Positions 41,861 through 55,292 of a stretch of 64,000 bases of DNA are shown in pieces. The DNA is from the human T2T-CHM13v2.0 reference genome, Homo sapiens. The DNA lies in assembly GCF_009914755.1 (NCBI RefSeq), contig NC_060936.1. One strand, given 5' to 3'. A model generated the notes under the pieces. It saw only the letters and a list, made by a program, of their open reading frames with translations. It was not told the origin of the DNA and searched no databases. The translations under genes were made by a program, and so were the position numbers. Position 1 is the first letter of the stretch, and each line of letters opens with the position of its first letter.

Positions 41861-42162
41861 TATTTATTTATTTATTTATTGAGACAGAGTTTTGCTCTTG
41901 TTGTCCAGGCTGGAGTGCAATGGCACAGTCTTGGCTCACCACAATCTCCGCCTCCTGGGTTCAAGCGATTCTCCTGCCTCAGCCTCCTGAGTAGCTGGGA
42001 TTACAGGCATGTGTCACCATGCCCAGCTAATTTTGTATTTTTAGTAGAGATGGGGTTTCTCCATGTTGGTCAGGCTGGTCTCAAACTCCCAACCTCAGGT
42101 GATCCATCCGCCTTGGCCTCCCAAAGTGCTGGGATTACAGGCATGAGCCAACCCGCCCGGCC
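41861..42162 (-). mobile_element. AluSp
   Basis: Sp diagnostics gctcttgttg, gcaatggc, tttctccatgttggtcagg, ctcccaacctcagg; (TTTA)n tail; TSD agctgta. Confidence 0.95.
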
Positions 42163-43824
42163 AGCTGTACTCTTAATAACAGTTCATTTGGGGTGACTTT
42201 AATAGTATAGTAACTTACAGAGAATGGTAAATTTGTGTATGACGAGAATATTGGGTTTAATGTACCCATTAAACAAGTTTTATTTATTTTATTTACATAT
42301 TTGTTTGGTTTATTTTTGTCATATACTGTGGCAAGCTTTTAATCAGAATTGTTTTTGCCAGAATAAAGACTGCCCTAAAATAATCTAAGTAACATCCTTA
42401 GTGAGGAAAAAAGAATTTTTCTTGAATTATAGTATTTCCTGGCACAAAATAAGTTAGTGCCAGGGATCTACTTCTTCAGAGATATTTTTCACCTCTTCAG
42501 GTTTAAAGGAATCAACAGATAGAGGGAAAAGAGAAGTGTGTGCCAGAAGTCCCCAAGTCACACCAGACCTGCATTCGCAGCCCTGGAGTCCCTTCCTGTC
42601 TGGGAAAAAAGGGTGGGCTTGGCTGATGCAGTGGGACAGGTCCGCTGTTTGTCTGGTCACTTAATGTCTGCCAGCTGGGGCAGGACTCCAGAGTGAGCAG
42701 TTTATCAGTCATGAGGCTCTTGGGAGATCTCACCATTGAGGAATGGGCCCCGAGGGAGCAGAACACTATCAACTCCACCATCTGACTTCTGCTTCCTATT
42801 ACGACTCCTTTTAACAGGAGAAATGACTTCCTAGTGGTTGGGCATGTTCTAATTTATTGCTTTATTTGCTGGCTGTTGAATTGAATGGGAAAATCCACCA
42901 TGAGAACACCTTAGCAACACTGAAAGGTCATCTGTCTCATCAAAGTCTGTCCTTTCATACACTCTCTCTACCTAGAATTTCTCTAATTATTACTTAATAA
43001 TCCTAGCATTTGGTCTCAGCAGCCTTCTCTGCATGAAGCACCTGTTTTGGCAAAGTTCAAAAGGCCTCTGTACTCACTAAAAGTGATCCATTTGGAGGGG
43101 TTCATTTCTGGTAATTACAAAGTTTTTATTTCCATTGTCAATTTAAGCAATTGTGAAACATGTACATATATTTTAAGAGTCCAGATCTCACTTTGAAGAA
43201 ATTCTTCAGCAGAACTGCATAATTAGCAATGAAGCAGAAGAATACCTTTTCAATAATAGAGTACATACAATCATATATTTTTTTCGGAGGAATAATGTTT
43301 ATTTTGATTACTACACATGATTATGGATAGTATTATGATTAATATCCATATAAAGCTACATTGATTTTAAAATCTGATTCTAAACAATAGTCAAAGTTTT
43401 AGTTGCAAAATAGATCATATGTATTCAGATGCATTTCTTAATGTTCATTTAATTTCTAAGACCTTCAATATTTCTATTATGTCTGTCTTCTTATTAATAT
43501 AAATATATCTAGTTTGATTTTATCTTTTTACTCCATCACTCATGTTTATGGTTATTCACACATTTTAACTCATTTTGAAATACAGTGGTCAGCTCTGTAT
43601 TGCATAGGATGTAGACCCCATCAGGGGTCACCATGGCACAAAGTTAACAGATTCAGACTTGCAGCTGGACAGGTCTGCATGTACTTTTAGGCAGAAGTCC
43701 TTCTCTGGTCCCTACCGCTGCTTTAACACCCTGTGAGGATCCTTGACTAGATGCCAACAGCCTAATAAACTGCAGGTGCCAGTATGTGGCACAGGTATTT
43801 GGCATCATCTCAGGTGAAGGCAGC

Positions 43825-44220
43825 AAAGCACAGTGGAAGATGGCTTTGAAGTCAGGCTCGGGTTTAAATCCTGCTCTGACACTTAATCTGCAAAAGAGCC
43901 TTGGGCAGGTTATTTTACAGTTCTCTGACTTCCTGAGATAAAATTAATCATAAAGAGTTTTAGTTGGGTTTAATATGGGTGCCTGTACAGGGCAGTGGTT
44001 AAAGATATTGCTTCCTAAGTTCCAGTCCTGCTTTCCCATTTTCTAGTTGCTTCACCTTGGGCAAGTTAACATAAATCACTCTCAGTCTTGGTTTCTTCAT
44101 CTGCAACATGGGGATAATAAATGTTACTTTTCATAGTGTTTTGGAAAGATTAAATTTTTTAAATGAAGGAAAACCATGTTTCACATGGCACATAGTAAGC
44201 ACTCAATACTGGCTATTTAT
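43825..44220 (+). mobile_element. Two tandem MIR elements
   Basis: ggctttgaagtcagg...gggtttaaatcctgctctg...ccttgggcagg; second ccttgggcaagtta...gtttcttcatctgcaacatggggataat...tggcacatagtaagcactcaata. Confidence 0.78.
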
Positions 44221-45454
44221 CTTTTACAAACATTTATCTTAAGTTCCTGGCATTAGTAGCTATGCAATACCCTGGAGTCCAGTGTCTCTTTCATGACCCT
44301 ATGGGGTCTCAGTTCTCTATCTGTTTTCTAAGACCAGGAAGACACAATTACAAGAATAAGAATAATTGCAGAGCTGATTAAAGGGATTTATATTTTATAA
44401 AATGTTTTAGAAATAGATTTTATTGTTCAACTACATAGGTCTTATTTTTAAGCCTTTAAAATTATTTCTATATTTGAAATATTAAATCCTTAGGTTATGT
44501 ATTCTGAAAAAAAGTATACTTCAGTTATATTCTCTACCTAAATATCTATGTTTATTTTTTACTGAAACAGTTGTAGCTGATATAAACACTTAGCAATCAA
44601 GCTACTTTGAAAATGTTTTCTATTTTCATTAAATAGCGTTTATCCTAAAGAGAAATGCTTAATGCCTTCAGCATTACTTTTAGAATAATACATATTTATG
44701 ATATAATAGTATGCCACTTTTGGAACTTTTTTACATTTATGTTTCTAAAAAATGCTATTTACATAATTTTTCCTCAAGCATTTGTGTAATTCTCTAAAGC
44801 ACATTCTTTGATGATTTTACATGTACATATTCCTTTCATCTTCTAGTAGCAGATTTGTTTATCTCTTCATTCAATCAGAGTATTTTAGATGAATATTGAA
44901 ATAATTATTGGCTTTTAAAAAATCATGTAATCAACAGCAGGATATGGCTGCAAATGATATCCATATTTCATCAGTTTTAAAATATACTCATTCTTTATAG
45001 CAAATTTTATATAGATAGCTTTTTAAATTACCTTTGACACATAGTTTAAGTTTATAAATAAAGGTGGCTTAACTCTGCTACCATATAAAGAAAACTTATC
45101 ACCATTTTCTAAACTTTGGAAATATGGAGGACATTTCTATTTACTATGGTACATAATTTATGTATTACACATATTATTTGTGCATATGTGTACATATATG
45201 TCAATATATTATATATACATATTATATATTAAATTAGCAGCAGGATATGTTATTAATATCTTCAAGGCACCATCTTTCTCTGATCTGTATTCAAATCATC
45301 ATCTCTTTCCATCCTCCCCCTTCTGCCCTATCATCACTACTGGCCATGGTTCTCGTACCATTCATAGCCCTTCAATAATTATGATAGAAGACACTAAGGA
45401 ATTCTGTGCTTCTGTGCTCTGCATCCCTTCTCGTAGTCTCTCTACCCTGCCCTA

Positions 45455-45849
<395 letters not shown>

Positions 45850-45940
45850 GTATATGTTATTTGGTGTTGCGTTTACACATAGGTAAATTATACATATATA
45901 ATAAAATATATACATATTAATTTACATACACATATATCTT

Positions 45941-46161
45941 GTTGGGAGGTCCTAGCCGGAGAGCACAAAGACTTATATACCCTTGACTGAAAAATGATCC
46001 TCCTCTATCAGGGAAGGCCATCCTTTTTGACCAAGCAGCCTCAGGAGAGATGCACATGGAGCTGTGAGAAAGGGGACACCCACCTAGCCGGCCAGATCAG
46101 CCAAATCAACCCTGGCCATCAATCGGGTGACAGATGTCTCAGCCAGATGACCCTCACATCC
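45941..46161 (-). pseudogene. 7SK snRNA retropseudogene (RN7SKP-type), 3'-truncated, no poly(A)
   Basis: Minus strand reads GGATGTGAGGGTCATCTGGCTGAGACATCTGTCACCCGATTGATGGCCAGGGTTGATTTGGCTGATCTGG...GATAGAGGAGGA...GTCAAGGGTATA...GCTAGGACCTCCCAAC, matching the 5' ~230 nt of 7SK. 17-bp TSD acatacacata(t/c)atctt at 45924-45940 and 46162-46178. Confidence 0.97.
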
Positions 46162-48529
46162 ACATACACATACATCTTTCCATACATTCATATGAAATAA
46201 TGTAACCATACAATATACGCACAATTTTTTTTCCTTCTCTTTGGTCAAAAACTGTATTCCTTCCAGATACTAATATGGTACTAGAGGAAGCTAAATGCTC
46301 TTTTTTCAATGACCCCTGCAGCCTGAGAGCAAATTAGTGTTGTTCACAGATGCTTTTTGTGTGCATATTTAGTTAGTGCAATTACTTTTGTACCAATCTA
46401 ATAGTATTTTCCAGAACATAACTTGGAGCAGGTCAGGAGATGGAAATAAAGGAAGGGCACACACTCTCTTGAGTATTTCTTTATATGTACAGCTTCAGCC
46501 TCCATAGATGTTAGGTGTGAATGTTTTTCTCCACTGCATTTAGATTATGTCAAAGGGAGTCAAAGTTAATAAACACAGACTGTGAGAAAGTCAATCTCTT
46601 TTTGAACATAAGTGCAGAAACCATTTCATCCCTAGTTCCTGGCTCAGTACCTACCACATAATCAGCACTCAATAAATATAGATTAAGTGACTGACTGGAT
46701 GAATGAATATAGTGCAATTTTGGTCCAGGTAAAAATGAAAAGTGGAGAGGGAGAAATTGTTCTTTATTTTCAGAGACGCATGGCTATGTATTCTGAAGAC
46801 AGACAAGAGAATCTGGTAGCCTGGAAATTGACAATCATGAAAAAAAGGAACTCAACAAGTTTTCCATTAGGGACTCAGCATCGTGATCTGGTTTCGGAAG
46901 CCTAGATATTGGCTGAGATCAAATAAAGAAGTTCAGGAGAGATGAGTGACTCTAAACATACTCCTATTCCTTAACCAGTAAGCTTGCAAACCATTGAAAA
47001 TTTTGTGCTTAACTGTGGCCTCAGTCTACAGAGAAAGCTCCAGGCTCCACAGAAAATGTGTAAGAAATGGGTCTTGTAATGACAGTCTGGTATTATCAAT
47101 ATTCCACTGATCACAGTGACCTTACCTTGTATTAATGATTGCTTAGGGTGAATGACATACTAAAGTTCAATAAAAACATCTTCCATGTATAAACGTCATT
47201 GGGAGCTACTACCACCTTTAAAGAAAGTGTCATTCAGCAATCTAACCCTTGTAGTCTTTCTGGAAGTGGGTGGCCACTTAGGACTATCTGGACACAGGAA
47301 GCTTAGGATGCAATTGACCAGGCAGCTCTTTAGAAAATAGAAATCCAGCCGACCTTCCTGATCTCCACTGACTCTGCATTTGTTTAGACTGATGCATTTG
47401 CATACATTACGTGCAGCCTACTTTTTTCCCCCTAACTTGGTAATAAAAACATGGCAAGATGGAAAACACACCACGTTCATGCATTTTAATGTCCTAATAT
47501 TTGTTAACTTGGAATGAAATATAAAATATATCTGGTTTTAGCACCCTAGCAAGCTGAATGCTTTGGCCATCTGTTCATTTCTTGCTTTTCTACATCTTAG
47601 CCATTTCACTTCTGCTTCTAATTGTAACTGCCACTTTTATGCTGATGCCACAAATCCTGAGACCTTTTTAATGCCACTTTCAGGCCTCCTTGGCTCATCT
47701 AAAACGATGGCTTAATCTCAATTGCTTTTAAATTTATTTTAAACCCAAGGGGTTGATCTAAATAAACAGGTATTCTTGAATAATACAATTCCATTTTCTT
47801 TATCTGACTTCTTGTTTTATTTTTCACATTGGCTACCCCAGTCCATGGCCTGTTCCTCAGGACTGTATCATTTTTCTTTCAATGTCTTACTCTCTCCATT
47901 CCATCGCAGCTGAAGCTTTCAATCACATTATCTTATTGCACATTATAATTTTGCTTTCACACTGCCATGTACTCTGTTTAATTAAATAATTTGTTGACAC
48001 ACTCAGATTTCTATTTACCCTCGTCTGGGAGTTCCAGCCAAGATAATTACATCCCGGGCTTCAGGACCTCCCTACGGTAAAATGTTGAAGTAGGGAACAT
48101 TTGTCTTTAGCTGTCTCTCACAGGATTTATCAACTTGGTATCTTCTCTTCTCCCCTCACTTTCCCTCCTCCCTCCTTCCCAACATGTGAAGTGATTATCC
48201 ATTTTGGCTCTTCCCATCCATTCCTGATTTTAAATAGTTTTCCCTATTATCTTTAAACCTAATTGTAAGTCTATGTCTCTATCCGGCTTAATAATAGAAT
48301 AAAATTTGCAAAACTCCAATCCTCTTATTCCCACTAAAATATATTAGTAAATAAGAAAACTATTGGTTCTTAAGCATTTGAGCTAGTTCAACCATGTTGA
48401 GGGAAAAAAGTACTTACCAAGTGCTAACTATATTCAAGGCACCACAGTAGGTGCTAGGAGTGTGGCAAGGGATAAGGCGCCAGTCCCTGAACTCCCAAAG
48501 TGTGGAGTCTCTTAAAGAAAACAGACACA

Positions 48530-48848
<319 letters not shown>

Positions 48849-49024
48849 AAAGAAAACTGACACAGACAACGAATATTACAATACTGCCTGATGAGTTCCA
48901 TGACAACACATACACCAACTTTGGACGCATAGACAATGGGCAACTACCCTCAGCCACCCTCCATTCATCTATCTAGTCTGTTTTCTTTTTGAAGTAGGTA
49001 TTGTTTTATTAAGACTTTAATGAA

Positions 49025-49230
49025 TAGCAATTGTTAACAGTTATTGAGAAAATATTATATGCCAGGGATTAATCTAAATATATTTCATATATTAACTCAT
49101 CTAATTCTCATAAATTACCCCAGTAAGTTGATGCTTATACCCTCATTTTATAGATAATAAAACCAAGGCACAGAAAGACTAAATTGCTTTCTCAAAGTTA
49201 GACAGTGAGGGTTAAAGATATAACTCAACT
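49025..49230 (-). mobile_element. MIR (continues after the Alu at ~49510-49529)
   Basis: atattaactcatctaattctca...cattttatagataataaaaccaaggcacagaaag. Confidence 0.75.
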
Positions 49231-49233
49231 TCA

Positions 49234-49504
49234 GTCCAGATGCAGTGGCTCACGCCTGTAATCCCAGTACTTTGGGTGGCCAAGGTGGGCAGATCATTTG
49301 AGATCAGGAGTTCTAGACCAGCCTGGCCAACATGGTAAAACCCCGTATCTACTAAAAATACAAAAATTAGCCGGGCACAGTGGCGCGCGCCTGTAATCCC
49401 AGCTACTCAGGAAGCTGAGGCAGGAGAACTGCTTGAACTCAGGAGGTGGAGATTGCAGTGAGCTGACATGGCACCACTGCACTGCAGCCTGGGCAATACA
49501 GTGA
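49234..49504 (+). mobile_element. AluS lacking its 3' end and poly(A)
   Basis: Dimeric Alu stops at cctgggcaatacagtga. Confidence 0.93.
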
Positions 49505-49529
49505 TCACTTATTCCATTTGACTCTAGAA

Positions 49530-49691
49530 CAGTGCTGTCCAAAAAAAGTTTTGAGTGATGGTCAAAATTTTCCAAATCTGTTTTGCTTAATACAGGGGCC
49601 ACTAGCGTGAGCATCTGAAATGTGGCTATTGGCAACTGAGGACCAGAGTGTTTAATTTTATTTAATATTTGCTGATTTTAATGGACATAGC
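49530..49691. mobile_element. MER3 hAT-Charlie MITE
   Basis: cagtgctgtccaa...gccactagc...tgaaatgtggcta...actgagga...ttaattttatttaat...tggacatag. Confidence 0.75.
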
Positions 49692-50149
49692 TCTTAACCT
49701 GCAGGTTTCCTCCTGGTCACTAGGCACTACTCCTCTCCAGGGCATGAGATGAGGTGAAAAAGAAGGAAAAGTCTGGGCAAAGACATCTAGTGGGGCTTTT
49801 CATCAGAGATGTCGACAGCAGAATGGGCTGGTCTAGAAAACACTTCAAGACCTGAAAGAATAAAAGTTAGCATAATAAGTATGGACTTGAAATTTAAAGG
49901 ATGGCACCTCATACCAGTGACCTCTCATCAAGGCACTTTCATCTACCAACAAAGGGTACAAGTTACCGTCAGCCTTGTTCCTTCGGGCGCTTAAGAGAAA
50001 TCATGGTAAAGCTCTATAATTAGACCTTAAGAGTGGAATTTAAATACTATATTTTATTTTAAGCACTGTGAATTCCCAGGCAAACAGAGACAAAATACAA
50101 GTTTAAAAAGAAGATAGAAGAAGCTCTTGACATGGGCATAATAATAAGA

Positions 50150-50395
50150 TTGATAATGATAATATCGTTTATCAAACATCTGTAAGTCTAGTAAGCAACT
50201 TCAATACATATTATGTTAAATTATCATTTTATCCTTACAAGTCTGTAAGATGGGAATTACTGTTTTCGTTTTGCAGATAGAAACATAAAGGCATAGGGAG
50301 GTTATGGCACTTACGCAAGGTCACATGTCCTGTAAGTAGTGGAACGATGATTTGAGCCTTATCAGTCTGGGTCCAAAGTCTACGCTTTCTCCTCT
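50150..50395 (-). mobile_element. MIR
   Basis: ttttgcagatagaaacataaaggcatagggaggtta...caaggtcaca...gtaagtagtggaac..gatttgagcc. Confidence 0.75.
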
Positions 50396-51319
50396 GTGTA
50401 AATCGTGTTTTTGCTAAAACTGCCTCACAAAGCATTGATATCTGGGTGTCCAATCTCAGTCTCTAGCCTCAGCTTCAGTATTTGTCACCTGGCTTACATG
50501 GTAATACCAGTAGAAGACATTGAAAAGATTACCCAGGAGGTGCTCTATAAATTCTAGTTTTCCTTTATAGCTCATTTTCAATACCCCAGATCGATCTCCT
50601 TGTTACAAGGTTTTATCCTTGTCACTGAAAAATTCTAAAGAGTGCTGGTAGGATCAGGCGTAAATGCCCCAATCTGTCACAGAAGTAATCTGATGCCACC
50701 AATTCGCAGAGGTGCATTGAGTGGCCAATGTCAATGTAAAATCTCCACTGCCATCCTGCTGCCTCTCTCACCACACACAGGCATGGGCAGACCCCTGCCT
50801 TATGCCCTTCTTGGGTCTGGAGTTCCGTCATTTCTCTCCACCTATCCAAAGTCCATTTGTCTGACAAAATCCAGGTCAAATCCCTTCATCCACGAAGCCC
50901 TCCTGACTACTCCAGCGCCCACCCTCTCTCTCAGGCTAGGCCCCTGTCACTAGTTAGAGTCTTCGTCACACATTTTTATACTTAACCATATGTTGTGCTG
51001 TTATCAAGTTCTCTCATGCACATATTTCTTGACTCTCCAATGAAACCACAAGATGCTGAAGAGCAGGAATACACATTAAAAAATCACTTTGAAAGCTACA
51101 AAACATATCTGGTATCCATTTGGTAATTAGGAAATATTACAAAGAGCATATGCGATGACCAGGAGGGTAGGACTGACCATAGCCTCTAGTTTGTGTCTTC
51201 CCGTTCAACTATGATCTTTTCAGGAAGAGTGTATTTCTGATTGATTTTTGTACTTTCCTAAGTGTCTCCAGTGTCTTTTTCTAGCATTTTCAAATAGTGA
51301 ATGCCCAGTAAGTATCTAT

Positions 51320-51950
51320 TAGTAATATTTATAGCAAATTGTGTGCCAGGCACTGTAGAAAATGATGTTTATGAATCACCTCACTTAATCATCCCAGGCA
51401 GGCGTAACAGGTGCATGGTGCGCTATCCAGATCTCTTCTGAAAAAGTAAGCCTCTCATTCCCCGGCTCCCAGCAGTGTTGCCGGCTGTGTTACTCACCAG
51501 GAATTGCACGCAGCTGTCACTCAAGTTTGTGCTTTCTTCCCTCATTGACTGATCCAGGGTTTAAAGGTCCAGCCCACTTGCCTCAGGTGGGCAACTCTAA
51601 AGGGCCCTCTTAGCTCCTGGACGCCCACGTGGGATCAGCTGGGGCTTTTGTGGACACTGCATTGTAGTTCAATTCCCAGCTCTACCAAATCCTGCTTCCT
51701 TTATTCCCACAGATGTGGATACCAGGGCATCCACTCCAAACCCCCTGCATGCAAATCCCCACCTCAGAGTCTATTTCCCAGGGAACTGACCTAAAACAGT
51801 AGGCGTTACTAGTATCATTATTCTCATGATACAGATGAGGAAAGAGAAGCTTAGAGAAGTTAAGTAATTTGATCAAATGTAAACACGTGGTACGAGACGG
51901 ATGCAGGGCAGAGCAGATGAGCCAGCCCTGAGCTCTTACCAGGATGTGCT
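51320..51950 (-). mobile_element. MIR split by LTR16A
   Basis: tgtgtgccaggcactgt...ctcacttaatcatc | gtaggcgttact...tacagatgaggaaagagaagcttagagaagttaagtaattt. Confidence 0.7.
51403..51798 (+). mobile_element. LTR16A-type ERVL solo LTR
   Basis: cttgcctcaggtgggcaactctaaagggcc...aatcctgcttcct...ctgcatgcaaatccccacctcagagtctatttcccagggaactgacctaaaaca; TSD gcagg/gtagg. Confidence 0.85.
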
Positions 51951-52099
51951 GCCTCAAGAGCCCAAGCATGCACAAACTCATTAGTTTTCTATTTAACCTA
52001 ACTAGACAGAGGAAATGGTTGTAAATGTACCCATGCAATATCTAGGATGAACAGGAAAAACAACTTCCTGATGATGAAGAAAGATTGTGAGTAATTTTT

Positions 52100-52234
<135 letters not shown>

Positions 52235-52302
52235 TGATTTTTAAGCACAACTGTTAGTGTGGCGTCTTTTCCTTTGAGCGAAACAATAATCGCAGAAGTC
52301 AG

Positions 52303-52598
<296 letters not shown>

Positions 52599-52705
52599 TA
52601 TCACAGAAGCCAACAAAATATTTGGAGGATAATGAAAAATATTGAGCACTTACATCGAGTTCTAGAAACTCTGCATGTATGGAAGTTCCCCTCGCTCCCT
52701 TATAG

Positions 52706-52772
52706 ATGTAGAACAACTGTGTCTGGAGAACTGGAAAGGTGTTTGGATTGACCGTTTGCATGATTTCACAAG
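52706..52772 (+). other. Candidate 67-nt internal exon of an unknown transcript
   Basis: Acceptor ttcccctcgctcccttatAG|A and donor CAAG|GTGAGG in non-repeat DNA. Confidence 0.33.
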
Positions 52773-53072
52773 GTGAGGAATGGATCCCTATCCTCTCAAG
52801 ATAGTGGTACCTTAAATAGCTAGCCTCTGCAATTAATCTGGACTGAAAAAAAGTTAGGTGCAACAATAGGCTTCTCTTTTCTATGTCTTCATTTTTCAAT
52901 TTATCCTGCTCTGTTAGTTTTTATGTGTAGGAAGGAAACATTTATTTTAATCTAAGAAATATTTATGTCTTATAATCTAGTAATAGAAGAAGACAAAAAA
53001 GATGTGATCTTGAAAATATGAATAATTAAAATCAAATTTTGCAGGCCAACTATTTTTCTGAGCATGTGTCTC

Positions 53073-53125
53073 TGTGTGTGTGTGTATGTGTGTATGTGTG
53101 AGAGAGAGAGAGAGAGAAAGAGAGA
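53073..53125. repeat. Compound (TG)n(AG)n microsatellite
   Basis: Directly visible. Confidence 0.95.
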
Positions 53126-53559
53126 AAGACCAAGAGAAAGATAGGTGTAAAGGAGAGAGAGCCTTTTCTCATAACTATTTTTCCTAGCTTAATATTTTAA
53201 TTGAGAGATATTCTAGCACAATTCTACAGTAATACAGGCTTGTATTGGATAAAATACATGCCTGACAGACATGGGAGATGGTAAAAGGCCCTCTTGGTTA
53301 AGTACTTTCTAAGAGGAAAGATTTAGCTGACTCTGAAGCCCAAATAAAATAATGCTTGCACCCTATAATATATGAGTCCATTTTGAATTTACATAAATTT
53401 CTTTAATACCATGTTTTAATTTATCTTCTTTTCTTAAAACATTTCACAACATTAAGATCATTTTTTCCCTAATTTCAGCCCATGAACTAATTCAACAAAT
53501 ATTTGTTATCTCCTACATGCCAAGCACTATACAAAATGGTTGAAGAAATCTTCACTCTA

Positions 53560-53986
<427 letters not shown>

Positions 53987-54099
53987 TCAAATTATATTTT
54001 TTTCTCATTTCTGACAGAATCAGAAATATTTTTCTTTCTTAATCCTACAAGAAAAAAATAATACAAACACAATGATCAATGTCAACAGACAAGAGTATT

Positions 54100-54399
54100 G
54101 CCAACCCACAGGGGAGTGCCAGGGTGGCCTCACTCTAGCAAGCTCAGCCGCACCTACAAGGAGCACCTGCTACTAAGGCTGGTCTCTCCCATGCTGAAAG
54201 ACAGGCCCAGTGCTGCCTAATATTCCAAATTTTCAAAAGAAGCCCAACGTATAGATTTTTCATTTGAAATATACCTACTTAGAAACTTTGGCAACCAATT
54301 CAAAAAAGTCTAAGAACTTAATTTGGGTCATTACTGTCGAGAACAAACAACACACAATTGAGGCAGCTTCAGCCTGGGAGTTGTCAGTTTGAGACTTTG
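54100..54399. mobile_element. MER102-like hAT-Charlie fossil
   Basis: ggcccagtgctgcc...ttttcaaaagaagcc...gatttttcatttgaaat...ttggcaaccaattcaaa...cagtttgagacttt. Confidence 0.6.
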
Positions 54400-55034
54400 G
54401 GACTAGGAGATCTCTGAGATCTTTTTCTACTTAAATAGTTCTATGACTTTCATTAGAAGGCCTTGAGGCTTGGATCAGAGTGGCATGAAGCCAATTAAAA
54501 TCACAGCTGCAACTGCCAGAAGAGACAGTCTCAGTGTTATATGCATCCTGAAAAAAGAATCGTCCTAAGAGAAACCATTCATTATGTTTAATAAAGTAGT
54601 TGGTAACAAGAAGCTAGGAAGAAGATCATTAAATCTAAATTAGATGATGTGTATTTTTAGGTGTGGGTTATAATTCTCCTGAGAACTGTGGAACAACCGA
54701 CCTCTGATATTTCACATTAGTAGGGATTGAAATTGATATATTTTCTGAAATGGAAAGACCACTTTGGTACATTATTGATCAAATTTTTACATCATCAGCA
54801 CTCACAATCAGAGAGAAGGTGCAGAACAGGTCCTTGAGAGCACTCATGGGACCATATTACATTACTGGTCCCATTGGTTCAGTAGACACATGGCTTCCAT
54901 TGTGATACACATCCACCATTGTGTTAGCTTAAGGCATCTCAAAGTGAAGACAGGCACCTAGTTACAGAGTTCCGGAGAACATGAATTTATATCTTGGCAA
55001 AATGTTTATTAGTTGTGTGACCTTGGACAAGTTA

Positions 55035-55292
<258 letters not shown>

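Noticed and set aside
54846-54874. Hairpin atgggacca-N11-tggtcccat (similar ones at 35544-35570 and 42438-42464) as possible miRNA or terminator
   Set aside because: Stems of 8-9 bp do not extend and are too short for a pre-miRNA; several such are expected by chance in 64 kb.
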